Positions 1 to 10,573 of a stretch of 64,000 bases of DNA are shown in pieces (position 1 is the stretch's first letter; the number at the start of each line of letters is the position of its first letter). The notes under the pieces were generated by a model. That model had not been told where the DNA came from, made no database searches, and worked only from the letters and a program-made list of their open reading frames with translations. The position numbers and the translations under genes are program-made. This DNA comes from a virus: IMG/VR virus record IMGVR_UViG_3300032308_002246, positions 64,001-128,000 of that record. One strand, 5' to 3'.

Positions 1-2254
1 ATAAGTCAGCGGAAATTACTTCCTCATCATCTGTCCATCTCAATAAATTTTCTTGAGCTGAATCCATCAACATTTCGGTGGTTGCTTCATCCAATCCAAG
101 GAACTTTGCTCTTTTTTCTGGCGTCATTTTTTTTAGAGCGTTGTAAGTTCTTGAGTTTTTGCTAAATTTTAAATACGACTCCCAGGTCTGCGATACACCG
201 TCCCTGTTCATCCAGCCATCAAAGAAATTTTGGGTATAAAGTGCTCCGGCTAAATCCGTAAAATTTATCTTCCCATTTGATAAACCGGTTATTCGTTGCG
301 CTGTTTCAAACGCCCCATCAAGCGAGAGTGGTTGCATTTCATCCAGAAAGCTAATCGCTTGGTTCTTGCGTCTGGCTATTCCACGTCTTCCAAGTTCTTC
401 GGCAAAACCAATCAGTTCATCATCTGAAAGCTTTGACAAAACAGCCAGTCTGCTTGTAATTTTTACATTATCTCTAGAGTCAATATTTTTAACGAACTCA
501 GAGTTTTCAATTGGGAGATTTAGGTCTGTTTCTTGACTCAATCTTTCTTGCGTCTTATCTAGAGCCAATTCCGGGTTTGATGCAATTACTTCTGAACGGG
601 CTCTTCTGAGCGCCTCCTTGTGGTCAACTAACGCCGTATCTAGTGCGTCAGCAATTTCCGCAAATCTAAGCATTGCTACTGATGAATCTTCGTTCGCTGC
701 AAGATTTGGCAAATATGTTTCGTATGCTTCGTTGAAAGTAGGCATACCTCCACGCATGAACATTGACATTGCAAATGCATTAAATACTGAGCCAAGTAGG
801 GATTTGTCTAACTGCGTTCCTGCTTGTTCGTCTGAAAGTTCTCTTGTTTTTTCTGCAAAACCAACAAGACTTCGGAACATTTGATGTCTTGTTAAATCGG
901 TTAATCTTCCTTCTTCGTCTTTTTCACCAAACACTCTGTAAGAAGGAAAATCGTATTCTATTGTTGCATCTTGCATTGACTCGACTATTGCTTTGGCGCC
1001 AAAAGAAGCAAGAGAATCGCCGGATTTCAAAAAATCAACCATCTGTGTTGCGTAGTCAAAACCTATGTTGCTTGGAACATTGTGATTTCCATAATTTGGA
1101 TACAGCCCAGTAAGTGCTGACATCCTTGCGTTTAGTCCATCTTCTATTGATATAGAAGCTATTTTCTGATACTCATTTAGAGCCGCATCAAAATCAATTT
1201 CTTCTAAATCAGATGACCTGAGCTTTTGTAGAAATAGTGATGAAAGTTGTTCAAATTCAGTGTCCCACCATTCTGTGGCTAATTTTGCGGTTTCTTCATC
1301 AAAAAGTTGCCTTGCAAGCCCCTCTCGTCCAATGATTGTTTTGAGTTTTGCAAAATTGGCTTCGTCTACTTCTGCTTTTGTTTTTTCAATATATCTTTCG
1401 TAGAAACCAGACCCTTCTGCGTCTGGTCCGAATATTACTTCTAGTATTTTTTTTCTTAATTCTGAATCTTCTGGGAGGTCAATCTCTCTTGGGACTTCGC
1501 TCATGTAGGAGCCGTATTTTCTTTCACCTACTGACTTGTGTTTCAAAGAAACTGCACCTATAGGGCCACTTGGTTTTTCTTCAGTCGCTTTCGGTGCTGG
1601 GCGAAGCCTATTTGACTCTTTTGGAGCTCTTGGTCTTTCTGTGGCCGATGCTTTGGGTCTTGGGGTTTTATCAATGCTTACTTCTGGCAGTGGCGGGGTT
1701 ATTCTTGGCTGTGGTTTAACAACATCCTGAAGGTTGGTAGTTGCTGCATCGGTAGTAGCTTCAATCTGATTGCCCCCTGGGGTAGGGTCTGGAATTCCGC
1801 GGCCAAAATTTACTTCAGCTACACCCTCAAGAACCAACTTGTCTTTATCTGCGTCGACAGCCGTATTCGGGTCCATATTTCTTGGAGCAACACCAATTGG
1901 CTGACCAACATTTGGTCCAAGGGCTTTTTCTTCTAGTTCTTTTTTGTTGATTACACGTCTTACTCTCTGAGCAAAATCTCTGTCTTGGTTTCTTCTACCA
2001 AGAGGGCTCGCCCCAGTGACTCTTCTATAGTCAGACTCGTTGGTGCATGGCATCCACAGGTATCCGCCAGTGGTTGAGTTGTACTGTCTGACCCCAATGC
2101 ATCCAAGCTGTCTTGCCCTTTGCCTAGCTGATTCTTTATCTGTAAATGAGTCAATAGAGCCTGGTCTTATTGCTCTTGAGCCAAAGCTAAGAGACTTTTC
2201 TTGGTTCCCATTTTCTATTGGGCAACAGTCGCCCTGCTCAAAATCGTTGGTCAT
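1..2254 (-). CDS. Large head-associated protein, partial (>=751 aa, runs off the left edge; missing from the ORF track)
   Basis: Hand translation from ATG at 2254 (GAGGG upstream) gives MTNDFEQGDCCPIENGNQEKS...; the frame is open where checked and in frame at position 2. Contains LGCIGVRQYNSTTGGYLWMPC, KALG...DADKDKLVLEG...DPTPG and GPIGAV motifs shared with neighbouring ORFs. Confidence 0.85.
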   Translation of the reverse strand, partial: MTNDFEQGDCCPIENGNQEKSLSFGSRAIRPGSIDSFTDKESARQRARQLGCIGVRQYNSTTGGYLWMPCTNESDYRRVTGASPLGRRNQDRDFAQRVRRVINKKELEEKALGPNVGQPIGVAPRNMDPNTAVDADKDKLVLEGVAEVNFGRGIPDPTPGGNQIEATTDAATTNLQDVVKPQPRITPPLPEVSIDKTPRPKASATERPRAPKESNRLRPAPKATEEKPSGPIGAVSLKHKSVGERKYGSYMSEVPREIDLPEDSELRKKILEVIFGPDAEGSGFYERYIEKTKAEVDEANFAKLKTIIGREGLARQLFDEETAKLATEWWDTEFEQLSSLFLQKLRSSDLEEIDFDAALNEYQKIASISIEDGLNARMSALTGLYPNYGNHNVPSNIGFDYATQMVDFLKSGDSLASFGAKAIVESMQDATIEYDFPSYRVFGEKDEEGRLTDLTRHQMFRSLVGFAEKTRELSDEQAGTQLDKSLLGSVFNAFAMSMFMRGGMPTFNEAYETYLPNLAANEDSSVAMLRFAEIADALDTALVDHKEALRRARSEVIASNPELALDKTQERLSQETDLNLPIENSEFVKNIDSRDNVKITSRLAVLSKLSDDELIGFAEELGRRGIARRKNQAISFLDEMQPLSLDGAFETAQRITGLSNGKINFTDLAGALYTQNFFDGWMNRDGVSQTWESYLKFSKNSRTYNALKKMTPEKRAKFLGLDEATTEMLMDSAQENLLRWTDDEEVISADL

Positions 2255-2319
2255 TTTCCCTCATGGTCTCACTAATGTGGAGCGCGTTTATCGTACCAAC
2301 AAATATAGCCGACTATTTC

Positions 2320-3153
2320 CTATTCAGGCATAAGCCCCTTATGGGATTTGATTTTTCTGGTTGACGGAACCCTGTGCTCGGTGTCAATTAATTTTGACAA
2401 AATCGGTGCAGAAACAATCCCACCGCCGTCAAGCGAAGATATTCCAACCGGGCCGCGCTCGTTGAGTTTTTCCCAGTTCGCACCACGGACTTTTCTTTTT
2501 GCTTTCCGTGGCGAGCCATTGTCTATTGATTCAAGACGTTCAACTATCTTTGATTTGACCAAGATGATTGGTTGATGAGACTTTGTTGAATTTTTTCTAG
2601 CCCTAGCCGCAGCTTCTGTATTTCTGACAAACTGTTGACCAGAAGCGCTACCTTTTCTTTTCTTATTGTTCGTAGCTCTTTTTTGTCCCGGGGTAAGTTT
2701 TGCCCAAGCTTTTGCTGGCAGGTATCTTCTTGTTCCACCGGTTCTTATTGCTGGTTTCCCGTCAGATGTAGTCCATTTTTCTTTAGTCCATTTAGAAAGA
2801 GACCTTTGTTTTTTGTTTTTGCCGCCTTTATAACCGCCACCTCGTTTTTTGTACTCTTGAGCTACAAGTTGGGCTTTTCTGGCAGACCACTGACCAGGTT
2901 TCCCACCTCTTGAGCCGGCCATGATGCGATTCTTTATTTCTTCTCTTAATCCAGGCTTTGTATAGTTTGAAGATTTTTCCTCTAACTCTGATTTCTTCAA
3001 AAATGATTCATTCTCTGCTTCGTTGCTCAGCCTTTGGAGTGTCTGCATATCGGCGCACGGCATCCATTCGCCTTTTTCATTTTTGTGCGCTCCACGGCAC
3101 CCCATGTATCTAGCAATCTTTAAAACTTGTTTTTTTCTGTCGTCGTCGTTCAT
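2320..3153 (-). CDS. Basic head-associated protein with a DUF5872-like region
   Basis: YTKPGLREEIKNRIMAGSRGGKPGQWSARKAQL and SLSKWTKEKWTT resemble DUF5872 phage proteins; N-terminal MGCRGAHKNEKGEWMPC motif. Confidence 0.7.
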   Translation of the reverse strand: MNDDDRKKQVLKIARYMGCRGAHKNEKGEWMPCADMQTLQRLSNEAENESFLKKSELEEKSSNYTKPGLREEIKNRIMAGSRGGKPGQWSARKAQLVAQEYKKRGGGYKGGKNKKQRSLSKWTKEKWTTSDGKPAIRTGGTRRYLPAKAWAKLTPGQKRATNNKKRKGSASGQQFVRNTEAAARARKNSTKSHQPIILVKSKIVERLESIDNGSPRKAKRKVRGANWEKLNERGPVGISSLDGGGIVSAPILSKLIDTEHRVPSTRKIKSHKGLMPE

Positions 3154-3572
3154 GTTGGAATCTCCGCATCTCCGTCCCAGTATGAAAAAGACTGAAGTAC
3201 AGACCTGTCGTCTCCCATGCCGTAGTCTTTTGAAAACTGTAAAGCAGCTTTTTCTGGGGTAATTGACATTGCCCTATACATGTCTGCTTGTGAGATTTCT
3301 GTATCAAATTTTTCTTCAACATCTGCAAATTTGTTGTAAGCCTTGTCTCCATATGTATAAAGAGACCATTCTTTCTGAAGAGCCCATTTAAAATCTTTTC
3401 CAGCTTTTGAATGCATGTACGATAAAGGCGGAAATTTTGCAAGCTCCATCATTGCTACATAATCTTCTGCAATTTTTTCGACTGCGTTGTCGAGGATTGA
3501 AATCTCTTCTTTGGATAAAGATTTTTTATCTTTTACCGCTTTTTTGAAAAGCTCTTGGGTATCTGTTTCCAT
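3150..3572 (-). CDS. Hypothetical protein (140 aa)
   Basis: Co-oriented, with a 4-bp overlap into the next gene. Confidence 0.7.
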   Translation of the reverse strand: METDTQELFKKAVKDKKSLSKEEISILDNAVEKIAEDYVAMMELAKFPPLSYMHSKAGKDFKWALQKEWSLYTYGDKAYNKFADVEEKFDTEISQADMYRAMSITPEKAALQFSKDYGMGDDRSVLQSFSYWDGDAEIPT

Positions 3573-3587
3573 TATTTATGCCTATCG

Positions 3588-6500
3588 TTAATACGGTTTG
3601 TCTGTTGTTCCATCTTTTTTGGTTACTTCAATGGTGTTCAGCCACTCACGTGCATCGTCAAGAGATGTAGCTTCGTTGAGCAGGATTAGACCAGTTCTGT
3701 TCGTAACCATTATATGGTTCTCGTCATTGTATTTACCAGGCGGAATACGCAAATATTGTTTAACTGGGTCTAGGTTGTATACCGCCGAATTGCTACTCAA
3801 ATAGACATCTACGCCTAGAATTGGGGCAAAAAGAACCTCATCGTCAAGATGGCGAAGATACTGCTGGCCTCTGTAAAGGCGTTTTACCTGCTCGTCTTCA
3901 TCGGTTAAACCCATTGCGTATAGTGCATTTTTTGCAATTTCCAGCTGTACATACCATCCAAATATTTCATTTCTTGTTGCGGCAAACCAATCTGGCCCAC
4001 CAATCTCTCCATCAAGGTAACCAGTTCCGGAGAGGTTTCTAATCATGTAATCAGGAACTTCATATCCAAAGTCATTACCAGAAGGTCTATTTGAGGTCAG
4101 ACCTGCAAGAATTGATGCATAAAGAGACTCAACCGAACCCTGGTCGGACCAGTTTGCATCTTGCGGCATTGGAAGGGCATTGAGCGCTATTTCTCTCCAT
4201 GTATTGTCTATGTCCCTATCGGAGTATCTATCTGCGGTAAAAGCAGATTGTCCATCTCCACGGGTTATCTTTTTGTTAAAAAATGTAGTCAACTGTCTAA
4301 TTTGTGATGCCAGTATGCTCATCTCGGCGCGGCCAATTATTCTTCCAGTGCGTGGGACCAGAGCGAGTATTGCTGATTTTTCTTCGCTGTTTCCATAGTA
4401 ACCAGTTATAGGGGTTTTAGCGGCAGAGAAGTTATCTCCTTCGCCTCCAGCAGAGCCGCCTTCTCCAGAAGGGATGTATCTTTCCCTAAATATGTAGTCC
4501 AACACCATTTCTTTTTGGCTCTTGCCAGTTTTTGCTCTTGAGATTCCCCTAACTATAGGAATAAACATTGGCTGGTCATCATCGTCAAGCATTTTCAAAA
4601 GAGACTCAGCTTCTTCTGGAGAAACGACAACCGTAGGCTCGTTGTAGCCGTTCAAGCCATGTGCTGCGGTGTGCATGGCTTTCTTTTCGTCGCCAATGTT
4701 TTCAAGAGTTGCATAGTTGATACTTTGCTCACGAGACATTTGTACTGTGTTGAAGTAGTCTATTTTGCCATCTGACAAAATAGATGACTGATACTCTTCT
4801 CCTGGTTGCAAGACAAGTGGCTGTTGTTCAAATATGCCCAATGTTCTATTTTTTTCAAGTAGTCCAATAATTTCATCTGGCGTTCTGAGTATTAGGTTTC
4901 CATCTTCGTCTTTTAGAGGAGCCAGCAATGTTGGGTCAACTCCGCCAATAACCCTTGTTCCGTCTTCTTGGGCTTTGACTCTTGCTGCAGCCAATCTGTT
5001 TCTAATCTTTGCTGAATTTTGCATAGTCTCTTTGATGGACTCGGTTATTCTTGGGAAAATAGAAGGGAAAACCCTGTCTGCTATTTCCTCAAGTGATTCT
5101 GCTAATTGAGCATTAAGAACAAATTCTCTTCTCTGTCTTTGATTATTTTTTGGAGTTCTTCTCCAGTCGGACAAAGCTGAATCCCTTGAACTAACAGCGT
5201 CTGAATGTGCTCTCTTGAGTTCTTGCCACGCCTTGTACCAAGCATTGCCGTCATTTGATTCAAGTGCTTGGTTGACTGCCTCCATCACCTTTGCGGCATC
5301 TGTAACCGCATAGCTCCAGCCAACATCTTTGTCTTTTGCAATAAACAGTGGCTGGGATGGGGCTTTATCCCCTTCCATCCCTGAGACAAGAGAGCCAGAA
5401 CGGTAGTAGCTTCTTCTTGGGTTGAAGTACTGGTCTCCATCGGCATTTCTTACAGTGTCTGGTGTACCTGGTGTTCCATCGTCATTTGCTGGGATGTCAA
5501 CAATCACCAAACCTGGATATTCTTTTTTAACTCTGTCTGGCAAGCTTTCCCATATTGCGTCTCTTGCTTGCTTGTATGATGCAACGCTGTTTTCGTGTGT
5601 ACCCGGAGCCAGCGATACGAAGCGGTCTTGACCTCCAGGCCCACCAACATTTGATTTGATTTTTGGATAAGAAACAATCTCTGCACCGGTTTTGCCAGAC
5701 CTCTGCATTGGAGGATAAGGCTGCATAGGGGTGAACTCGGTATCTATCGATATTGGGAAGTCTGAATAATCTTCTCTATATTGACCAGAGATTGGGTCTC
5801 GCAATAGTCCGGTGTATTCCTCGATTACATATTTGGCATTTTCTGAAGCTTCTTGTGTTCCATGCTCTACAGCTGGAATTACAACATTCGTGGCTTCATC
5901 ATTGGTTGGCTCAACAACTGAATCAACATTGAGAGATTCTGGGGTGTCAATTTCTGTAGAAACAGGGTCAATGTCTGCAGGAATTGTTGCCTGTGGAGAA
6001 ACATCTTGAGTTGCTGGCTGGCTTGTGTCAACCGGCAAACTAGGTTGATTTGTTTTTCTTGGTCTCTTTGGCGCAACTGGTGCAGCTGGTTTTTGTCTAG
6101 GAGTTTTGGCTGTGTTCTTTGACAGTAGGCCGGCATCTTCCAGAATCCACTCTCTTAAACCAGGCTTGAGAGACGCCCAGTCTGACTTTTTGTTTTTTGG
6201 ATAAAGCGGTTCTGTTGAATCAAGGAAGTCGTCAATCACAACTATGTTGTGTGCTTGGTTTTTGATTATTGCAGCTTTTCTTGGCTGTGTTTTTGCCAAA
6301 TTTGACATCCACTGCTCAATTGACTCTTCTGTTAGGTCGTCAGATGGATTAAGACCAATTCTCTTTCTCCAACCGTTCTCAAGCCGTGTTCTAGCCTTCT
6401 TCATTGAGTCTTCTATTGAAGCTTGTTCAGTAGGTGTGTAGGCATCCCAGTCTTTTATTGTTTTTGCAACTCTTTGCGATGGAACTATGTTGCCGTACAT

Positions 6501-7988
6501 CAAGCTTCGAGGATTTGTTTTGCTTAAAGAAACAGACCGAGCTCTTTGTCTAACACCAACTGGCTTATTTGCTTTTGGAGATTCATTTGGTAGCACTGAG
6601 TAGTCAGTTTTTGGCTTACTAAGTCTATTGGCGAGTCTGTCTAGTCGTTGAGCGGCTCTTGAGCGCATTGACTCTCCAGAACCATCAGGAGTCTTACCAA
6701 TTTTTTTACGCTTCTTACCTCTTCGTCTATTTGCCTCAAAATCGTCATCTGGAGTTAGTGAACGACTTCTAATCTTCTTGTCAATTGGGGAAATCTTTGG
6801 AGTCTTGCCTTTTTTTACCCTTCTATTTGAGCTTGGCAAAATATTTTGGCTGTCTTCGCTTGTAGCTGCATCTTCTGGTGCTGGAGGTAGCGCAAATTGG
6901 TCACCGGCATTGGAGCGCTCTTCTGCGCGTCTTGCTGTTCTTGAAGTAACAACATCTGCATCAACAAAATCTGGTTCATTTAACTTTGGTGTTACTCTTT
7001 GCCCACTAACGCGGTCAGCAAACTGGGCAAGTCTTTCTGCTCGAGAATTTCTTCTCTTTGAACGTGCTTGGGGCTTTGGCATGTATGTGTCAATGACATC
7101 AGTATCTATTGGCTCTTCTAGTTTTGCAATTCTTCGTTCTATTCTTCTCTGTTCTGAACGAATTTTGTTAGCTTGTCTTCTTGAGGCTCTTGCCAACGAC
7201 TGAGCAGAACGAAGGTCGCCCGTTGCTTCTAGGAGCGCCCCACGTTCTCCAAGAGGCGTGTTTAAATCGCCTCCAGCAAGGTCTATAAGCCTTGAGCCAA
7301 GCCGTCTAGCCATTCCTGGCAGGCATCCACGGCCGAATCTGTTTGTGAACTGTCCTGCGGTATCTCCGCTCGTTGGAGGGCATCTCCAAGCTCCGCCGCC
7401 TGGACTGTCTGGGTCCCAAACTGCTCTTACACCCTTTGCTCCAAGCAATAGTGAAGATGAAGCTTTATCGGATATGAATGCTTTTGCTTTGAAGTTTACG
7501 GCGCTGCGCTTGAATTGAACCTCAATAAGACTCAATGCCACATCTGTTATAGGCCATTCAGATACAAGCTCAAACTCATCTTCTGAATAAAAATCGTCCA
7601 TTTCCTCAGGAAGAGATTTCTTCTCAATCTTTAAAACAGGTGCTTCAATTAAGTCCTTAAGCTTGTTTAGAGTTTTCGGAGAGAGGATGTCTGATACTGC
7701 AGAAATAGAATCGTCATCAAGTATTTTTTCTTTGTCAAAATCTAGTCCAAAATCAAGAGAATCTAGAATTTCCTGAGGAGTAACGCTTGTTCCGTTAGCC
7801 CACGAAGCCCAGTCGTTTGCTTGACTTGTGTTGCCTACGCATGTTTTCCCGTTTTTTGAGATGACAATTGCACCGTATGGCACTTTTGTGTCTGAGTCTC
7901 TAATTAAGATAAATTTACTCATTTGATTGTCCAACGTATTTTTTAAGTAGAGATACCGAAGTTGAAAGTTTTCTAATTCTGTTGTCAT
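3588..7988 (-). CDS. Giant putative virion-internal protein (~1450 aa) with a possible C-terminal ADP-ribosyltransferase-like region; real start probably 7922
   Basis: Long ORF; RCPP..GQFTN..GRGC motif; C-terminal GYNEPTVVVSPEE...IVRG...GEGGSAGGEGDNF resembles MuF-associated ART-like domains. Confidence 0.75.
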   Translation of the reverse strand: MTTELENFQLRYLYLKNTLDNQMSKFILIRDSDTKVPYGAIVISKNGKTCVGNTSQANDWASWANGTSVTPQEILDSLDFGLDFDKEKILDDDSISAVSDILSPKTLNKLKDLIEAPVLKIEKKSLPEEMDDFYSEDEFELVSEWPITDVALSLIEVQFKRSAVNFKAKAFISDKASSSLLLGAKGVRAVWDPDSPGGGAWRCPPTSGDTAGQFTNRFGRGCLPGMARRLGSRLIDLAGGDLNTPLGERGALLEATGDLRSAQSLARASRRQANKIRSEQRRIERRIAKLEEPIDTDVIDTYMPKPQARSKRRNSRAERLAQFADRVSGQRVTPKLNEPDFVDADVVTSRTARRAEERSNAGDQFALPPAPEDAATSEDSQNILPSSNRRVKKGKTPKISPIDKKIRSRSLTPDDDFEANRRRGKKRKKIGKTPDGSGESMRSRAAQRLDRLANRLSKPKTDYSVLPNESPKANKPVGVRQRARSVSLSKTNPRSLMYGNIVPSQRVAKTIKDWDAYTPTEQASIEDSMKKARTRLENGWRKRIGLNPSDDLTEESIEQWMSNLAKTQPRKAAIIKNQAHNIVVIDDFLDSTEPLYPKNKKSDWASLKPGLREWILEDAGLLSKNTAKTPRQKPAAPVAPKRPRKTNQPSLPVDTSQPATQDVSPQATIPADIDPVSTEIDTPESLNVDSVVEPTNDEATNVVIPAVEHGTQEASENAKYVIEEYTGLLRDPISGQYREDYSDFPISIDTEFTPMQPYPPMQRSGKTGAEIVSYPKIKSNVGGPGGQDRFVSLAPGTHENSVASYKQARDAIWESLPDRVKKEYPGLVIVDIPANDDGTPGTPDTVRNADGDQYFNPRRSYYRSGSLVSGMEGDKAPSQPLFIAKDKDVGWSYAVTDAAKVMEAVNQALESNDGNAWYKAWQELKRAHSDAVSSRDSALSDWRRTPKNNQRQRREFVLNAQLAESLEEIADRVFPSIFPRITESIKETMQNSAKIRNRLAAARVKAQEDGTRVIGGVDPTLLAPLKDEDGNLILRTPDEIIGLLEKNRTLGIFEQQPLVLQPGEEYQSSILSDGKIDYFNTVQMSREQSINYATLENIGDEKKAMHTAAHGLNGYNEPTVVVSPEEAESLLKMLDDDDQPMFIPIVRGISRAKTGKSQKEMVLDYIFRERYIPSGEGGSAGGEGDNFSAAKTPITGYYGNSEEKSAILALVPRTGRIIGRAEMSILASQIRQLTTFFNKKITRGDGQSAFTADRYSDRDIDNTWREIALNALPMPQDANWSDQGSVESLYASILAGLTSNRPSGNDFGYEVPDYMIRNLSGTGYLDGEIGGPDWFAATRNEIFGWYVQLEIAKNALYAMGLTDEDEQVKRLYRGQQYLRHLDDEVLFAPILGVDVYLSSNSAVYNLDPVKQYLRIPPGKYNDENHIMVTNRTGLILLNEATSLDDAREWLNTIEVTKKDGTTDKPY

Positions 7989-9978
7989 ATAGAGACTTCA
8001 TAATCTCTATATGCTTTCTTTCAGATTCGCTTATCTGTCCATCAATTGATGCCCTATTAGCAAAATCGTCAAAATTAAAAGACCTTGCTCTTTCCAGCAA
8101 TTCTTTTAACATTGATAAAACTTTGGCTTTTTGATTTTTTCTTAGTTTTTCAAAATAATCCTTATAAGTCAATTTATCACTTTCCTGAAGTATTTCAGCA
8201 ATTGACATGTTTATCCTGTCGGATTGATTTCTTTTACTTAAACCAGAAAGTCCGGAGTATATTGATGGGCTTGCAAATGTTCTTTTTTTGTTGCCTGTTG
8301 AGATTGTGTAGATTGAAGAGGGATTTCTCATCTTGGAGTCGGTTAGCAAATCGGATATAAACAGTCTTGCCATATCAGAAGCGTTTGCCATATCCATTGA
8401 CGCTGTTCTCGTCGAGCGAGATGTTGCTACAGAGTCGTTCGGATATGAGACTAGGTATCTTCTTCTTGAGCCTTCTCCAGAAAACCAAATGTCTGGGGAC
8501 ATCATCCCAAGGTGCGATTGAATTTCCGATGAAAGCATTGCACCTAGATGCTCGTACTCACGGCTTGGAGATACTTCATATATCTTCTGCCTGCCGATTT
8601 CGTGTTCAATCAATCTGTCGTTGATTTTTTTGGTATCTACAGATTTGCTTTTCCCAAGAGCCGTTCCACGTAAACGTGGTTCTATGTTCCCAATTTGTCC
8701 ACCTGAATCAATCAGCTTTATGGCATCTGCAAGTGATTCAACAAAACCCGCTTCATCTTCTATTTGTGTTTTTCTTTCGCTTATAACAGGTTTTGGTGTC
8801 TTTATGAATGCTTCGTAATGCCATCTTCGCATTTGTTTCTTTGTCTTATTGTTTGGTAAAAGAACCTCTATGACATCATTAGGGTTTTTGATGTTTTCAA
8901 ATTTTTGCTCGTAAGCGATTGCACCATTCATTTCGGCTGCTATCATTTCAAGTCTTGAAGCTGGGTTTTGTCCAACTTTCATTTTTTCCGCTTCGGCTAC
9001 TGTTCGACCAAGTTTTCTTCTTTCTCCTGCTGAAAGATTTCTTTTTTTACGAAGCGATATTGTTGAGCCATCCGGCAGTACATAAATAACACTATTTATA
9101 CCAGTATTTGAAAGCATTCCAAGCTCTGTTTTGCCTAGTTCGCTTGCAGAAACTATTTTCTGAATATACGCAGCGCCTTCCATGTCTCTGTTATCTGGAA
9201 CTGTTCTTAGAACACGTGAAGAGACTACTGGCGTTAGTACAACTCCGTCTCTTCTAACAAGCCTTGCTATACCGCCTGAAACCGGCCTCATTTCTTCAAC
9301 AACATTTTCTATTGCTTTTTTGTAAGCAGCAAAGTTCATTCGTGAAACTTTTGGAATTATTATATTTGGCTGTCTCATCAAACTAACTTGGTTGTTTCCA
9401 ATTAGTGGCTTTATAACTCGTCCGGAGGTGCCAATTTGCCGAGGTGTATTTCTTGAGGCAAGCTCTGACACATTTTGCAAACCTGCGGCTATTGACATTG
9501 CAAGTTCAAAAAGTCTTTTCCCGCATGTTGTGTAATACTTGTTTGTAAATCTTCCACCAAACTGAAATCCCTCTGGGCATCTGTATCCACGTTCAGGTTT
9601 TGGAAACCCGCCAGCACTTGCTCTAGCTAGTGGGTTTGGTATTCCACTACCCCCAGGCATCAACATTGACCAAGCAGCTGAACGAAGTGGATTCTTGAGG
9701 TCACCAGGCAAAACAGAGCTAATCAACGATTGAACGCCTTGCCCTATCGGGTTGTCACTGCTTGCTATCCCTGCTTTTACTGAAATCAAACTGTCTTTTG
9801 ATGAGGATATTTGAGCTCTGCATTTAAACTCAATTGCGCTCTGCTTGTCTGTTACAACAATCAATGGTGATTTAACAACATTGGGGCGTGTAACGGCAAT
9901 TGCAGGCATGAGAGTTCTATTTCTAGTCACACCTGTTTTATCGCATGCAGCGCATTCGGCATTTTTTTTACGCATCAA
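7915..9978 (-). CDS. Putative virion-internal protein with a C-terminal HipA/PI3K-like (pseudo)kinase region
   Basis: RCPEGFQFGGRFTN..TTC motif; EHLGAMLSSEIQSHLG..P and ISDLLTDSKMRNPSSI resemble HipA-like kinase motifs with a degenerate catalytic loop. Confidence 0.65.
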   Translation of the reverse strand: MMRKKNAECAACDKTGVTRNRTLMPAIAVTRPNVVKSPLIVVTDKQSAIEFKCRAQISSSKDSLISVKAGIASSDNPIGQGVQSLISSVLPGDLKNPLRSAAWSMLMPGGSGIPNPLARASAGGFPKPERGYRCPEGFQFGGRFTNKYYTTCGKRLFELAMSIAAGLQNVSELASRNTPRQIGTSGRVIKPLIGNNQVSLMRQPNIIIPKVSRMNFAAYKKAIENVVEEMRPVSGGIARLVRRDGVVLTPVVSSRVLRTVPDNRDMEGAAYIQKIVSASELGKTELGMLSNTGINSVIYVLPDGSTISLRKKRNLSAGERRKLGRTVAEAEKMKVGQNPASRLEMIAAEMNGAIAYEQKFENIKNPNDVIEVLLPNNKTKKQMRRWHYEAFIKTPKPVISERKTQIEDEAGFVESLADAIKLIDSGGQIGNIEPRLRGTALGKSKSVDTKKINDRLIEHEIGRQKIYEVSPSREYEHLGAMLSSEIQSHLGMMSPDIWFSGEGSRRRYLVSYPNDSVATSRSTRTASMDMANASDMARLFISDLLTDSKMRNPSSIYTISTGNKKRTFASPSIYSGLSGLSKRNQSDRINMSIAEILQESDKLTYKDYFEKLRKNQKAKVLSMLKELLERARSFNFDDFANRASIDGQISESERKHIEIMKSLYDNRIRKLSTSVSLLKKYVGQSNE

Positions 9979-10573
9979 ATTCTTCTAATTCCCAGTTCTC
10001 GTCGTTTGCTACCCAGCTTGAAAAATCTTGCTCCATGGAGATGAACTGCTCAAGCACCTTGAATGCGTGGTCCCAGTCTTCGTTTGTTACAACAGGGGTG
10101 AATGGTTCGTCGTAAACCGTGCTGCTTCCTGAAGCAATTGCGGTTTTGCGACCAGCGCGAGATGTGATTTTTTTGATTCTGTCATCAAATTCTTGGTCGT
10201 TCCATATTGAGCCCTGAACAACGCCACGAATTTTTTTTCTGCAATTTTTCATTCCTGGATGGTGACATCCTTCATTTGGCCATAGGCCGGTAGTTTCGTG
10301 GTGGAGCCATGCACAAATATTATTCAGCGGATAAAGCTCTGGATGGTCAGCAAGAATTACACGGCATCTTCTAAAACCGCCTGGCTTCCTCATGATTGGG
10401 CGCCAATATCTTAAAAGTCTTTCAAGGTTGCCACGTCTAGGACCACGACCTTTTAACAGGTCGCCAGTGATTCTCTCTTGTGGTATTGCATCTGGTGGGA
10501 CAGCAAGCTTTTCAGATGTGTTACCAAGATTTTTTATGATAAGCCTGTCCGGTATGTAGTTGTTATCACTCAT
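9968..10573 (-). CDS. Head-associated hypothetical protein (Cys/His motif)
   Basis: LLRYW...GGFRRC...ICAWLHHETTGLWP, a motif type seen in actinophage head-region proteins; overlaps its neighbours. Confidence 0.7.
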   Translation of the reverse strand: MSDNNYIPDRLIIKNLGNTSEKLAVPPDAIPQERITGDLLKGRGPRRGNLERLLRYWRPIMRKPGGFRRCRVILADHPELYPLNNICAWLHHETTGLWPNEGCHHPGMKNCRKKIRGVVQGSIWNDQEFDDRIKKITSRAGRKTAIASGSSTVYDEPFTPVVTNEDWDHAFKVLEQFISMEQDFSSWVANDENWELEEFDA

